Positions 36,401 to 45,302 of a stretch of 64,000 bases of DNA are shown piece by piece; the stretch's first letter is position 1, and every line of letters begins with the position of its first letter. A model generated the notes under the pieces. It did no database searches and was not told the origin of the DNA. It worked only from the letters and a program-made list of their open reading frames with translations. A program made the translations under genes and the position numbers. The stretch lies in IMG/VR virus record IMGVR_UViG_3300017917_001123, positions 1-64,000 of that record; one strand, 5' to 3'.

Positions 36401-38849
36401 TGGTTACAATAACGCATTGGCTACTCTAACAAGAGAAATGATGCTAGATCCATTGTATGCCGGTGTAACTAAAAACACTCCAGGATCTGTTACTGTTCAA
36501 ATTTCAACATTACGTGCTACAGCTCACGATATGATTGACGTCGGTACTGGCGGTTACGCAACTTCCAAGATACCGAACGACTTATACGGACCTCCAACAA
36601 TTACTCCAAACCCTGCTCAAGAAGTTCTTGAGAAAGGTAAAGGTCGTGTTTACTATGTAACAACAGACCAGGACGGTAACTTCCGCGTTGGTAAGTATTT
36701 TGCCGTTGACCAAGGCCGCGGTACTGTTACAATTAGTGCTCCAATTAGCTTAACTGGTATTAGTAAGTTGAGTTTCAAGAAGGGCGTCGAAGTTGACGAG
36801 TTCTCTAAAGACGACACCATGGCAACCGGTAGCCTAAGCAAGGTACCTGTAGAAACAGCTATTATCGGTTACATTGATAAACGTCTAGGTATTGATAAAT
36901 CTGGCTCTGTAGCAACTGGTATTATTGGCCCAGCTGTTATGGCGCTAAACGGTGTTAATGCTATGACTGGTTCCTTAAACATGGGTTCCAACAAGATCAT
37001 TAACCTACAAGTTCCGACAAGTTCAAGTGACGGCGCAACTAAAGGTTACGTTGACGGCAAGATAAGCCTAGACGGTATGGATGAAAACACAAATGATGGC
37101 GGTCAAGATGCCGGCATCATGAATGGTCCATTACGTCTAAATGCTGATCCGGGTATAATTACCGCTGTAACAACAGCAACAGTAAACATCGGTAACACAG
37201 TTGTTTACTTAAACTCAACAGCCGGTTTGTATAAAGGCATGCAGTTGAATACTAGCGGTTTTGCTCCTGGCGCATTTATTTCGCAGATTAATAATAGTAC
37301 TGCTATTACCGTGAGCGCGGCCGCAGTAGGTCAGGTATTAAACGGCGTAACTGTTACATTTGATCCAGTTCGCCAGGGCGCAACAAAACGTTATGTCGAT
37401 CGTTCAGCACAAATTACTAAACTACGTGACGTTGTTTTAACAAGTGCGGCAGATACTGACTTATTAATGTTTGGTGGTTTACTAAGTGCTAACAGCAATA
37501 CTTCGACTCCGCTGTACGAAGCAAGTCGTAGCGTTATTAACGTAACAAATAATACTTCGGCAATTACTAATACAGCATCATCAAGTGGCGGTGGTAGTGA
37601 TATTACAGTATCTCGTTCAAACAATCAAGTAACATTCAAGTTAGTCGGTGGACAAGGTGCGGCAAACCCAATTACTAACTATCACGTTAACGACAATGCG
37701 GCAATTGCCCAAAGCAAGTTAAACATGCAGGCCGCAGGTGTAACACCAAGTTCAGCAGGCGTTGTTCAAGCAAGTCGTGGTCTAGCAGTATTTGATCAAT
37801 ATGTGTTTACAGCAACTAACGGTTGGATTAGCTTAGTCGATTCTGCTACTACTACCGACGGTGTTGCTCCAAGCAAACTACGTCAAGTAGGCGCAGGTGG
37901 TGCATTAATTGGTAACACAAACTTAGCCGCAGGCGGAGCAATGAGCTACTTGTCTAGCTCTACTGTCCGTGCTTGGTTAGGTGTTATTGATTCTGCGTCA
38001 GGCGGTACATTTAACGGTGACCTAAACGTTAATAATATATTTGCCAATGCGGCTGGTACATACGACATTGGATCTTCAGGAACTCGATTTAGAGCAATCT
38101 ATGGCGGAACTGGTAGCTTTAGCGGCAACGTAACTGATAACGGTAACCGTGTACTAACAAGCGTAACATTAAGCGCAGGTGACAACATTGGTGTAGCAAG
38201 TTCTAAGACTGGCGCAGACTATGCTCTATCTGTAACTAACTTAGGTGTACGTACTATTGCTGGTACTGCTAACCAAGTGTTTGTTGGTGGTGGATCGGCA
38301 ACTGCCGCAACAACTGGTACTGTAACACTAAGTTTACCACAAAACATTCATACTGCGGCAGATGTTCAGTTTAACAAGGCAAGCCTAAAATACCTAACAG
38401 CGGTAGATGCTGGTAGTGGTTGGGCCGTTGTTCAAGGAACATGGAAACTAGACACAAATGCTAGCTTCCAAGCAACATACGCTGACTTGGCAGAACGTTA
38501 CACCAGCGATGTTCAATACGAGCCAGGAACAGTTCTAGTGTTCGGCGGTGAAAAAGAAGTTACAATCAGTTCTGTTGCTAACGATCGTCGAGTAGCAGGT
38601 GTTGTTTCTACAAATCCTGCTTACAACATGAACACATCAATTGAAGGTGTTGATATTGCTCTACAAGGCCGTGTACCATGTAAAGTAGTAGGATACATTA
38701 AGAAAGGTGACCTAATGGTAACTAGTTCGATTCCAGGCGTTGCGACAAGCAATGATGATCCTAAGACAGGTACTATTATTGGTAAGGCATTGGAAGATTA
38801 TAACAGCAATGATGTTGGCATAATCGAAGTAGCAGTAGGAAGACTATAA
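30483..38849 (+). CDS. Giant tail fibre/baseplate structural protein with C-terminal intramolecular-chaperone-like domain
   Basis: ANDGTGDAIRAAFDKVN N-terminus, ATK.YVD repeats, G.GYT..P repeats, YADLAERY...ALQGRVPCKV...IIGKALE. Confidence 0.85.
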   Translation: MATTSSNRLIINLGSQANDGTGDAIRAAFDKVNQNFETIFNVAGIGSGLLFTKLADAPRLLSANKMLVTDATGLTVTQMSIVGAQGIQVTVDQGQKRVLIDATVTNLVNDPNPVLSNNLSGGVVNRGINFADPVDDQDIATKKWIYDNFLNRDSNYQYISSTNPITGANVTSTIVEGSTLRHNIQIQPTGVNTASNAGKVITLFDSDGVSLKDFDVSVGAWRPSHVTRKDYVDTKISLQGIDTIDPETGQINPSFGQMTGPLYLSRDPREQDPGNVAATKAYVDSVGFPSRQNFYVSLNGSDARYDIPAYKRGRSFAWAFRTVNKAAQAALQYSKASEIKLGVYQRVITSNNYKTPVEILSIGPGTISGTYKISVTYTGGNGTDPFIERSIRPGQFLQGISTNAIGEILNVALEPASNVEEYYEVRLVDYADTFESPITPSDLAGEVTFTLFEPNLIEIPDFWIGYKFVVDSVAGGGVGEIIGFDLYYHPNGNIYNQVIVRMSEPLSSTNIISGDNWHVYSGYFSVGESLRYGQKYNKLEISILVESGEFNEQLPIRIGDNISVKGDEFRRTMIKPAYVRGTARCGISTSKWANIWFRRDTQIDGIIVTQLNTSTDYAALTTATPDGVTNDASTEVITFTLGSGTADPDWIKKVFIGAGGRGEIKAVLGNTFTVDIAENDNGIRRIDSAAPIAAGDWSIYEPYNFGYHYLRDASRPLNFLAGPNPGGYNFASKILLDNIEFIKSEVIGWIDQTYSGGFTYNVADFQRNTGLLVDAVAQDLLFSGTSQATFAGLLNWNRNGVQSAFAGGVTIASNAVTYIKELAQKVVQKDLTGTRYQSAVTQTTSGIGAATPAEASTIAADIDVILNIFLNGTADVQDTIIPNGLTKSSDPDVQNAHDLLQANKLYIQAEAIAFVEATKANGFTYDQNKYTQNFGFIVDAVSTDLLYGGNKQSVQLGTYYWNFDGSSSAIANELSQTVAAYNYIKSILPDIIQGTALAVTQQNTVPQVIIGYGPGDASAVTQAQAKIDVVTNITSNGPSVASAQSTLPLTRSTDPDIINGAILLSANRTFIIAETIAFVNNSFLTGFVYDRETCRRDIGLIVDALAFDLKNGDINSSINAADSYYAGNVQQVLQNELAQTVGAIGYINTLAQQLFDQTPITTLYGFVPQRIDTIIGEVGAKAQVTNLTTAMQGILNNDPAFNPPKYNDEMDIFLMNDATMLRYLGGNGHGGFMKVLDPEGQIKSKSPYTQTCSSFSQSIGRHRFAGGFFVDGFCGNLPLVTAAGTASPDTNGNLIYIPVTGVRRLPVFPTYFIHEGVKYEADYMQNYDPVNQTGTLVLNPNNPGGISSVSVNSGNTQNEFKPNVAQLPVTFSSPGTPGGATARGYAVTNASGNIQTIVITFPGVGYVTEPSVSLGGATFNFIIDGGAITSMSVNYGGIGYTTGTQINIASPGGAGLTATATITGVDGLGAITSINLVSGGTGYTSVPTVTFGRQVFSANLVNGFIGNLPSKLELITAGNRSMLANDFTQLNDLGYGIFATNGGFIENVSMFTYYCYTSYYALNGAILRTITGSTAYGTYGLVAEGSNPLEVPTAVTMSDELTQIATVYNQAPYINAKGGADIYVTLDSTYGYPPYSNGEIEINHNGIRKTYSLRSAKQISGNLYALSIDSTGGGLYAIVPNGEPLTIRVKFIWRLGGLNAKTLTRPSTVLTLAENSIYNYRILEYTDLGSDYALAEADQSYDYIQLTPYSQSNLYRQGVGRPTISVAGSGYTSTTTQYGVTFDSPPSKTAVVNGVQGTVDSPVTQLSIASSSGAIHPGMRITGAGAIANQYVTWVSLDRSIIQTSQAQVWSTASATLTFVGTTATGYAKANGTSITGITITDPGTGYDTAPGVTIVPGSGVQAQATVSLSGTSGTNIVKVLPLNGQDTARINIGLTSPTPYYYVFGYEGQTYKITDYKTPVQTGQAWGEIQISGYNNALATLTREMMLDPLYAGVTKNTPGSVTVQISTLRATAHDMIDVGTGGYATSKIPNDLYGPPTITPNPAQEVLEKGKGRVYYVTTDQDGNFRVGKYFAVDQGRGTVTISAPISLTGISKLSFKKGVEVDEFSKDDTMATGSLSKVPVETAIIGYIDKRLGIDKSGSVATGIIGPAVMALNGVNAMTGSLNMGSNKIINLQVPTSSSDGATKGYVDGKISLDGMDENTNDGGQDAGIMNGPLRLNADPGIITAVTTATVNIGNTVVYLNSTAGLYKGMQLNTSGFAPGAFISQINNSTAITVSAAAVGQVLNGVTVTFDPVRQGATKRYVDRSAQITKLRDVVLTSAADTDLLMFGGLLSANSNTSTPLYEASRSVINVTNNTSAITNTASSSGGGSDITVSRSNNQVTFKLVGGQGAANPITNYHVNDNAAIAQSKLNMQAAGVTPSSAGVVQASRGLAVFDQYVFTATNGWISLVDSATTTDGVAPSKLRQVGAGGALIGNTNLAAGGAMSYLSSSTVRAWLGVIDSASGGTFNGDLNVNNIFANAAGTYDIGSSGTRFRAIYGGTGSFSGNVTDNGNRVLTSVTLSAGDNIGVASSKTGADYALSVTNLGVRTIAGTANQVFVGGGSATAATTGTVTLSLPQNIHTAADVQFNKASLKYLTAVDAGSGWAVVQGTWKLDTNASFQATYADLAERYTSDVQYEPGTVLVFGGEKEVTISSVANDRRVAGVVSTNPAYNMNTSIEGVDIALQGRVPCKVVGYIKKGDLMVTSSIPGVATSNDDPKTGTIIGKALEDYNSNDVGIIEVAVGRL

Positions 38850-41560
38850 TGACAGCACCAGTATGGGTAACACCAGCAGGTGATTTAGGAACCATTGAGC
38901 AAGTCAGGGCTTGTAACATAAGTTTACAAGCCTCTGGTTCCAACATCACATATTCGTTAATCAGCGGAGAAATTCCTAAAGGTCTACAGATAAACACAAC
39001 AACTGGAAGCCTTTACGGAACACCATTTTACGTTGGTAATAATATTGACTACGAATTTGTTATCCGTGCTAAAAATTCTAGTGGTGCTTCGGATAGAACA
39101 TTTACACTAACTGTGGCCGGTCCAGTGGATCCATTATGGGATACGCCAGCTGGTTACTTACAAGTCGGTCCTAACTTAGAACCTTATGCCTTAAACAAAA
39201 ATCGTGTTGACTTTAGATTACAGGCAACCGTAGCAGGCTTGCCTCAAGGCCAAAGCCTAAGATACTATATTGCCGAAAATGACGGCCAGCTTCCTCCCGG
39301 ACTATCTCTAAACGAATCTACAGGATTAATCAACGGGTATGTTAATGATCAGCTGACTATTGATTATCTTGCTAGTAAGAGTGGCGGATACGATGCTGAG
39401 TACTACGACGTATATCCATATGATCATGCGTTAATTATTAATAACGTTGTAGAAGGTAAGCTAGTAAGTATCACAAAAATTTATCAGTTTTACATAACAG
39501 TAACTGACGGTGTTAGTGCGTCTAGAAGAAAATTCCAAATTAGAATCGAAGACCCTAATACTTTTAGAGCAGATACAACACAGATCACTGATGATACAAC
39601 CAACTACCTAGCAAACATTGGATATCTAATTCCTCCAATTTGGTTAGGTACCGATAATAGCATTTTACCTAACCCAAGTAATTTAGGTACACTCCGTGCT
39701 AACAATAATCAGGTAATAGATTTAAACGCATACGATCCATATCCTTTTGTAGGTCCTATTAGTTTTGATTGGGAAACTATTCAAGTTAATCCCGAAATTA
39801 GAATGTTGTCCAACTCAGAGACAAACATTACAGGTGCGCCAACTTCAAACTTAGCAGGACAAAGTTTTTTAATTGTTAGTAAGGCAGTCGGTGTTCCGAC
39901 TGCTGGAATGTACTTACAGTTATTCACTTACCTTCCGAACGCAACACAAACAATTTACAGAATTAATTCAGTAGAAAAATACGGTAGTGATGGCTATAAA
40001 CTAGGTATTGGTATTGTAACAAAGTATAAGGGGGAAATTAACACAGTTAACAATTTCCCTTTATCAAATACCGCGGGGGATATGTACAAGGTACTGGCTG
40101 ATAATCGGTATTACGTGTGTACTGGAGTTCCGTCTACATTTATTGATGTAGGAGCAAATGCGCCTGGGTACATTGATTATTACTTAGAAAATACAATTAC
40201 AGATCTTACCACAGTATTTGTTGGAAGTTTAAGTAAGCAACCGCCAGGCTTGGAATTAGATATTGAATCTGGATTACTATACGGACGTATTCCTTATCAA
40301 CCTGCTTACAGTCAAAACTACAGATTTACTGTAAGAATTACAAAAACTGATCAAGAAAATGGCCAGTCAGTTTCCGATAATCATATCTTTAATCTAACAC
40401 TTAAAGGCGATATCGAAACTACTATTGCCTTTACCAGCGGAACAGTTCTAGGCGACCTAAGACCAGGACATGTTAGCGAGTTATCAGTTGAAGCAATTCA
40501 TACTGCCGCAAATTTAGATATCACTTATAGCTTAACTGGAGGTAAGCTACCACCGGGATTAACTTTAACACCGACTGGAAATATTACAGGTGTAATCCCT
40601 ACAAATATTCAAACTAACTTTGATGTTGGAGCAACTGGGTTTAACACAACAACCTTTGACGGCGGAACTACAACATTCGACAGAACATATACATTTAATA
40701 TCACTGCTAGAGATAGTTACTTGTTCTCAGCCGTAAGTAAAGATTTTACAATTAACATTGTCGAAAACACAGTCACACCTTACACAAATATCTACGTTAA
40801 ACCATTATTAAAGAAAGAACAACGAGCATACATTAGAAGTCTTGTAGAAGATCTCAATATTTTTGATCCAAAGCTAATGTACAGACTCGACGACCCAAAC
40901 TTCGGTGTTCAACGAGAAGTTAAGATGACACTCGAATACGGTGTTCAAAAAATTGACCTAGACAAGTATGTCCCGGCCCTCACAACTTACTTTAAAAGAA
41001 GAAGATATTTCTTTGGCGATTTGAAAACAGCCATTGCTGTTGATAGCAAGGGCAACCATTTATATGACGTAGTCTACTTAGATATTGTCGATGACCAGAT
41101 GCTTGGAAATACCATCAGTGTAGCAAAGAGCTTTACTCAGGAAGTTAACGGACAAATAGTCACATACTATCCCGACAGCGTTTTAAACGAGCAATTTGCC
41201 ATAAGTTCAATTACCATTGATGCGAACCATCCAATATCTATTAACGATGAGTATAGACCTAGATTTATGCAGACTCTACAAGCCGATACTGGCGTTCCAT
41301 TGGGGTTTGTTAAGGCACACGTCTTATGCTACACGTTACCTAACGAAAGCAGTAAAATTGTAAGCAGTATTAAAAGATCTGGTTTTGATTTTAAATTAAT
41401 CGACTTCGATATTGATAGAATTGTCATCGAAGATACACTAGATTTTGAAGGTAAAAAATATCTAGTGTTTGGAGCAAGCAGTACAGATACTGGCTTCTAT
41501 CTAAGCACCGAAGACGATGAGGATATCTTAACTGAGGATGAGGTAGCTTTATCAATATAA
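38849..41560 (+). CDS. Virion structural protein with Ig-like repeats
   Basis: Repeated LPPGL.L....G.I.G.P..Y.F motifs. Confidence 0.75.
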   Translation: MTAPVWVTPAGDLGTIEQVRACNISLQASGSNITYSLISGEIPKGLQINTTTGSLYGTPFYVGNNIDYEFVIRAKNSSGASDRTFTLTVAGPVDPLWDTPAGYLQVGPNLEPYALNKNRVDFRLQATVAGLPQGQSLRYYIAENDGQLPPGLSLNESTGLINGYVNDQLTIDYLASKSGGYDAEYYDVYPYDHALIINNVVEGKLVSITKIYQFYITVTDGVSASRRKFQIRIEDPNTFRADTTQITDDTTNYLANIGYLIPPIWLGTDNSILPNPSNLGTLRANNNQVIDLNAYDPYPFVGPISFDWETIQVNPEIRMLSNSETNITGAPTSNLAGQSFLIVSKAVGVPTAGMYLQLFTYLPNATQTIYRINSVEKYGSDGYKLGIGIVTKYKGEINTVNNFPLSNTAGDMYKVLADNRYYVCTGVPSTFIDVGANAPGYIDYYLENTITDLTTVFVGSLSKQPPGLELDIESGLLYGRIPYQPAYSQNYRFTVRITKTDQENGQSVSDNHIFNLTLKGDIETTIAFTSGTVLGDLRPGHVSELSVEAIHTAANLDITYSLTGGKLPPGLTLTPTGNITGVIPTNIQTNFDVGATGFNTTTFDGGTTTFDRTYTFNITARDSYLFSAVSKDFTINIVENTVTPYTNIYVKPLLKKEQRAYIRSLVEDLNIFDPKLMYRLDDPNFGVQREVKMTLEYGVQKIDLDKYVPALTTYFKRRRYFFGDLKTAIAVDSKGNHLYDVVYLDIVDDQMLGNTISVAKSFTQEVNGQIVTYYPDSVLNEQFAISSITIDANHPISINDEYRPRFMQTLQADTGVPLGFVKAHVLCYTLPNESSKIVSSIKRSGFDFKLIDFDIDRIVIEDTLDFEGKKYLVFGASSTDTGFYLSTEDDEDILTEDEVALSI

Positions 41561-41584
41561 ATATAGAACAAATGAGGACTTAAC

Positions 41585-42196
41585 ATGGCTAGTACAGCAA
41601 CTACATACATTTCAGCAGTTAATACAGCATTTCCTGTAGCAGGTGTTGACAACGATACACAAGGTTTTAGAGATAATTATGCTAACATTAAAAACGGCAT
41701 GACTTCTCTAGCCAATGAAATTAGCGCAATTCAATCAGAAGGTGTGTTTACTACACAAACTAATGATTTTCAACAAGCTATTGTTCAAAACGCACAACTC
41801 CAATCAACAGGTTATGTAGTTGCCCAAAAGAAAGTTGGCGAAATTGGCGGTAATCAGACTTTAGATTATTCCGAAGCAAACTACCAAATTTGGAAAATTA
41901 CTAGCGCAACCAATTTTAGCTTTGCTAACTTTCCAGACAATGTTAATACATACAGTCCTTTACAGCTCGAGCTTTACAGAGATCCAGCAACAACATCAAC
42001 TGTAGCAGTTACATTTGTTGGCGCATCACCAGAGGATATTTTGTTAGACTACAATCCAAATGCTCAAACATCAAATCCTATTTCTCTAACTACTTCTAGT
42101 TCTGTTTTATACGAAATTGCTAGAACATTTAATTCGTCAAGTACTGCGTTTACTGCCTATAGAATTAGATTCCTCGGCGGTCCTTTTAAGCCTTAA
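41585..42196 (+). CDS. Putative virion structural protein
   Basis: FPVAGVDNDTQGFRDN; TATAAATA upstream. Confidence 0.65.
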   Translation: MASTATTYISAVNTAFPVAGVDNDTQGFRDNYANIKNGMTSLANEISAIQSEGVFTTQTNDFQQAIVQNAQLQSTGYVVAQKKVGEIGGNQTLDYSEANYQIWKITSATNFSFANFPDNVNTYSPLQLELYRDPATTSTVAVTFVGASPEDILLDYNPNAQTSNPISLTTSSSVLYEIARTFNSSSTAFTAYRIRFLGGPFKP

Positions 42197-42199
42197 TCT

Positions 42200-42436
42200 A
42201 TGTTTAATCCCCTGATGCCTGATCTTAGAGAAGTTAAAGATCAGGAACTTGAAAACAAATTACACGAGTTAACCAAAAAATATTGGATAGCGGCTCGTGG
42301 CGGTAACGGCGGACTTGCTCAACAAATTCTAGTTGCTTTAGAAAGCTACAAAGATGAAATGCGTAGAAGGCAAGTTGAGCAACAGCGTTCATTAATGGAA
42401 AAACAAAACAAGGATCTTGACGATCTTATCAAATAA
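42200..42436 (+). CDS. Hypothetical protein
   Basis: 78-aa ORF. Confidence 0.7.
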   Translation: MFNPLMPDLREVKDQELENKLHELTKKYWIAARGGNGGLAQQILVALESYKDEMRRRQVEQQRSLMEKQNKDLDDLIK

Positions 42437-42471
42437 TTGACATAGTACAAATAACGTGCTATAATGTCAAT

Positions 42472-43005
42472 ATGAAAATCAACGAATTCGGACAAGTAAT
42501 TTTAAACGGACAAGAAGTCTTTGACGGCTTGTATTCCGGTAAAATTACCGATCTTAAGGAGTTGAATATTGACGACAATAAGACTGTTGAGCAATTCAAC
42601 AAAGCACGTCAAGAAAACGCAGATCCTTTTCCATTAATACAAGTATTTGAACAAACCGTAGACAATATCAAAGAGTTTGACCATAAAAACCAAGATAATT
42701 GGTTTATGGGAGACTATTACAAAGAAATGGATATTGCTAAATGGTTAGTAGAACGCTGTACCACCCAAGAAGAACTAGATCGAGTAGGACAAGAACTTAT
42801 CCTATTTGTCCAACATGACATGCTAGACGTTCTTAAATATCTTAAATACTTGGTTGATACTATGCGCTACCACAATGTTTTATGGGGCGTAGGTAGAGGA
42901 TCTAGTGTAGCCAGTTATTGCTTATTCTTAATTGGGGTACATAAGATAAACAGTATCAAGTACAACCTTGATATTAATGAATTCCTAAAAGGAGAGGTAC
43001 AATGA
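42472..43005 (+). CDS. DNA polymerase III alpha (DnaE)-like stand-alone fragment
   Basis: R..QEL...YL..LVD.MR...WGVGRGSSVASY.LFLIG; TTGACA-17-TATAAT-6-ATG. Confidence 0.8.
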   Translation: MKINEFGQVILNGQEVFDGLYSGKITDLKELNIDDNKTVEQFNKARQENADPFPLIQVFEQTVDNIKEFDHKNQDNWFMGDYYKEMDIAKWLVERCTTQEELDRVGQELILFVQHDMLDVLKYLKYLVDTMRYHNVLWGVGRGSSVASYCLFLIGVHKINSIKYNLDINEFLKGEVQ

Positions 43006-43205
43006 CAAGACGTGTTTACAGAACAATGCAGGGTAAAGAAGTTGATATGGATCAGTTGCTACAGCGCAACGAAACCATTCCAGCAGTAGGGAACGTTCGA
43101 ATGAATGCTCGCGGTGACGAGTTAGGACAAGGTGGTAAAGTTGTTCGCACTCGCGAAGAAATTGTTAGTCAGTATTACAAGGACAAACAAGAAGGCGAGG
43201 AATAA
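43002..43205 (+). CDS. Hypothetical phage protein
   Basis: AVGN.RMNARGDELG; GGAG RBS. Confidence 0.75.
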   Translation: MTRRVYRTMQGKEVDMDQLLQRNETIPAVGNVRMNARGDELGQGGKVVRTREEIVSQYYKDKQEGEE

Positions 43206-43586
43206 ATGGCTGTCACAGGCAAAATTACACCACTTAAAGACAAAGTAATCATTTCCGATATGAACTTTGGCGAGGACTTTACACAGTCCGGAATCGTTTT
43301 ACCAAGCGACAACGCAAAAGGTAGCGGAGTACGCCCACGCTGGGCAAGAGTTTGGGCAGTAGGTCCAGAACAGATAGATGTCAAAGTAGGTGAATGGGTA
43401 CTAATGGAACACGGACGTTGGAGCCGTGCTATTAAGTACACTGAAGAAGACGGTACTGAAAGAGAAATCTTCTTAGCAGACATAAAAGGAATGATGTTAA
43501 CTGCGGATGAAAAGCCTAGCGATGTGATGAGGAACATTACACACGGAGCAGGTTCAAACGTGAACTTTAACATCCCAGGAGCATAA
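43206..43586 (+). CDS. GroES-like co-chaperonin
   Basis: PLKDKVII, T.SGIVLP, V.AVGP, VKVGE.V. Confidence 0.85.
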   Translation: MAVTGKITPLKDKVIISDMNFGEDFTQSGIVLPSDNAKGSGVRPRWARVWAVGPEQIDVKVGEWVLMEHGRWSRAIKYTEEDGTEREIFLADIKGMMLTADEKPSDVMRNITHGAGSNVNFNIPGA

Positions 43587-43783
43587 TGAAGCAATACCAG
43601 CATCAAGAGTTTAAGTTCGAATCAAAGAACGAAGTTGACCGCATAGCGGTATTAGAAGAACAAGTACAAAAATTAACCAATGAGGTTCGACAACTTAAAC
43701 AAATGAATGATTTCTTGCTACGGCAAGATCAACGTAACCGAAGTAGCTTTGACCAAATATCAAGGCGGACAACTTCAAAATAA
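43586..43783 (+). CDS. Small coiled-coil protein
   Basis: 65-aa heptad-rich ORF. Confidence 0.65.
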   Translation: MKQYQHQEFKFESKNEVDRIAVLEEQVQKLTNEVRQLKQMNDFLLRQDQRNRSSFDQISRRTTSK

Positions 43784-43786
43784 AAC

Positions 43787-43824
43787 TACAGGGCTTGACA
43801 TAGCCCTGTATTTTTTTGTATAAT
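43787..43824 (+). terminator. Intrinsic terminator overlapping sigma70 promoter
   Basis: TACAGGGCT-TGACAT-AGCCCTGTA-T7; TTGACA 43795, TATAAT 43819. Confidence 0.7.
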
Positions 43825-43830
43825 AGCAGT

Positions 43831-44310
43831 ATGATTTTCAATCACGTAAAAGAACTAAAACAACAAGGCAAAAAGATTGGAATAACCTTTTCCACTTTTG
43901 ATATGCTACACGCCGGGCATATCGCAATGCTAGCCGAAGCAAAGAATCACTGCGACTATCTTATCGCAGGACTACAGACTGATCCAACTATAGATCGCCC
44001 AACTGAAAAGAATAGACCAGTTCAAAGTATTGTCGAACGCCAAATTCAACTTGCGGCTTGCCGTTATGTTGACGAAGTGGTAGTATATCAAACAGAGCAA
44101 GATCTAATCGACCTGTTGCTTATTCTGCCCGTCGATGTTAGAATACTAGGTGTCGAGTACGAACAAAAGAATTTCACAGGGCGAAGCGAATGTGCTGAAA
44201 AAGGCATCGAACTAGTGTTTAACAGTCGAGACCATTCTTTTAGCTCTAGCAGTTTGCGTAAGCGAGTAGCACAAGCAGAAACTAATAAAATTTTAAAGGA
44301 AGAACAATGA
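43831..44310 (+). CDS. Cytidylyltransferase (TagD/RfaE-like)
   Basis: TFDMLHAGH, R.H.FSSS.LR. Confidence 0.88.
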   Translation: MIFNHVKELKQQGKKIGITFSTFDMLHAGHIAMLAEAKNHCDYLIAGLQTDPTIDRPTEKNRPVQSIVERQIQLAACRYVDEVVVYQTEQDLIDLLLILPVDVRILGVEYEQKNFTGRSECAEKGIELVFNSRDHSFSSSSLRKRVAQAETNKILKEEQ

Positions 44311-45227
44311 AAGAATTGTGGGTAGAAAAATATCGTCCTAAACGTATTGCTCAATATGTGTTTAGAGATGACCATCAGCGTAAGCAAGTTGAGTCATGGG
44401 TTAAGGAAGGATCAATTCCACATCTTTTGTTAAGCGGATCTGCTGGTATTGGTAAAACTACCCTTGCTAAAGTTCTATGTCACGAGTTAGGGATTGAAGA
44501 ATACGACATTCTAGAAATCAACGCTTCACGTGATAACAACGTTGAAACTGTTCGTGATAAAATTATCAACTTTGTACAAATGATTCCTTTCGGTCCGTTT
44601 AAGGTCGTGCTACTTGACGAGGCTGATTATCTAACTCCAAACGCACAGGCTATCTTACGTGGTGTTATGGAAACATACTCAAGCACAAGTCGATTCATTC
44701 TAACTTGTAACTATCCTAATCGTATTATTCCTGCGATCCATAGTCGCTGTCAAGGCTTCCATGTTGAGAAAACTGATCAGACAGAATTTACTGCTCGTGT
44801 AGCAACTATTTTAGTCGAAGAAAATGTTGAGTTCGACTTAGACACACTTGACACGTATGTTAAGGTAACTTATCCAGACTTGCGTAAGTGTATTAACATG
44901 GTACAGCAACATGTTAATGATAACAAGTTGGCAATGCCAGATCGTGGAGATGAAGGCGAAGCAGACTACAAGTTTGAAATGGTTGAATTGTTTAAGAAAG
45001 GGCAAATCCAAGCCGCACGTAAATTAGTTTGTGCTAGTGCTCGTCCGGAAGAAATGGAAGATGTATATCGCTGGATGTACGATAACTTGGATTTATTTGG
45101 CAAGGACGAAGAAACAAAAGATGCGGCTTTGTTGATTATTAAACAAGGTCTAGTAGATCATACAATTATTGCCGATCCAGAAATTAATCTTGCCGCAACG
45201 CTTGTTAAGTTAGCAAGACTTCAATAA
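44307..45227 (+). CDS. Clamp loader ATPase subunit (RFC/gp44-like)
   Basis: WVEKYRP, GSAGIGKTT, LDEAD, SRC. Confidence 0.93.
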   Translation: MKELWVEKYRPKRIAQYVFRDDHQRKQVESWVKEGSIPHLLLSGSAGIGKTTLAKVLCHELGIEEYDILEINASRDNNVETVRDKIINFVQMIPFGPFKVVLLDEADYLTPNAQAILRGVMETYSSTSRFILTCNYPNRIIPAIHSRCQGFHVEKTDQTEFTARVATILVEENVEFDLDTLDTYVKVTYPDLRKCINMVQQHVNDNKLAMPDRGDEGEADYKFEMVELFKKGQIQAARKLVCASARPEEMEDVYRWMYDNLDLFGKDEETKDAALLIIKQGLVDHTIIADPEINLAATLVKLARLQ

Positions 45228-45228
45228 C

Positions 45229-45283
45229 AAAAAACCGCGTAATCCAAACTGTGCAGGTCTTTAGGATTTACGCGGTTTCTTTT
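45229..45283. terminator. Bidirectional terminator between convergent genes
   Basis: AAACCGCGTAA.../...TTACGCGGTTT with A/T tracts on both sides. Confidence 0.75.
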
Positions 45284-45302
45284 GAATACTTTCAGGGGTT
45301 AT

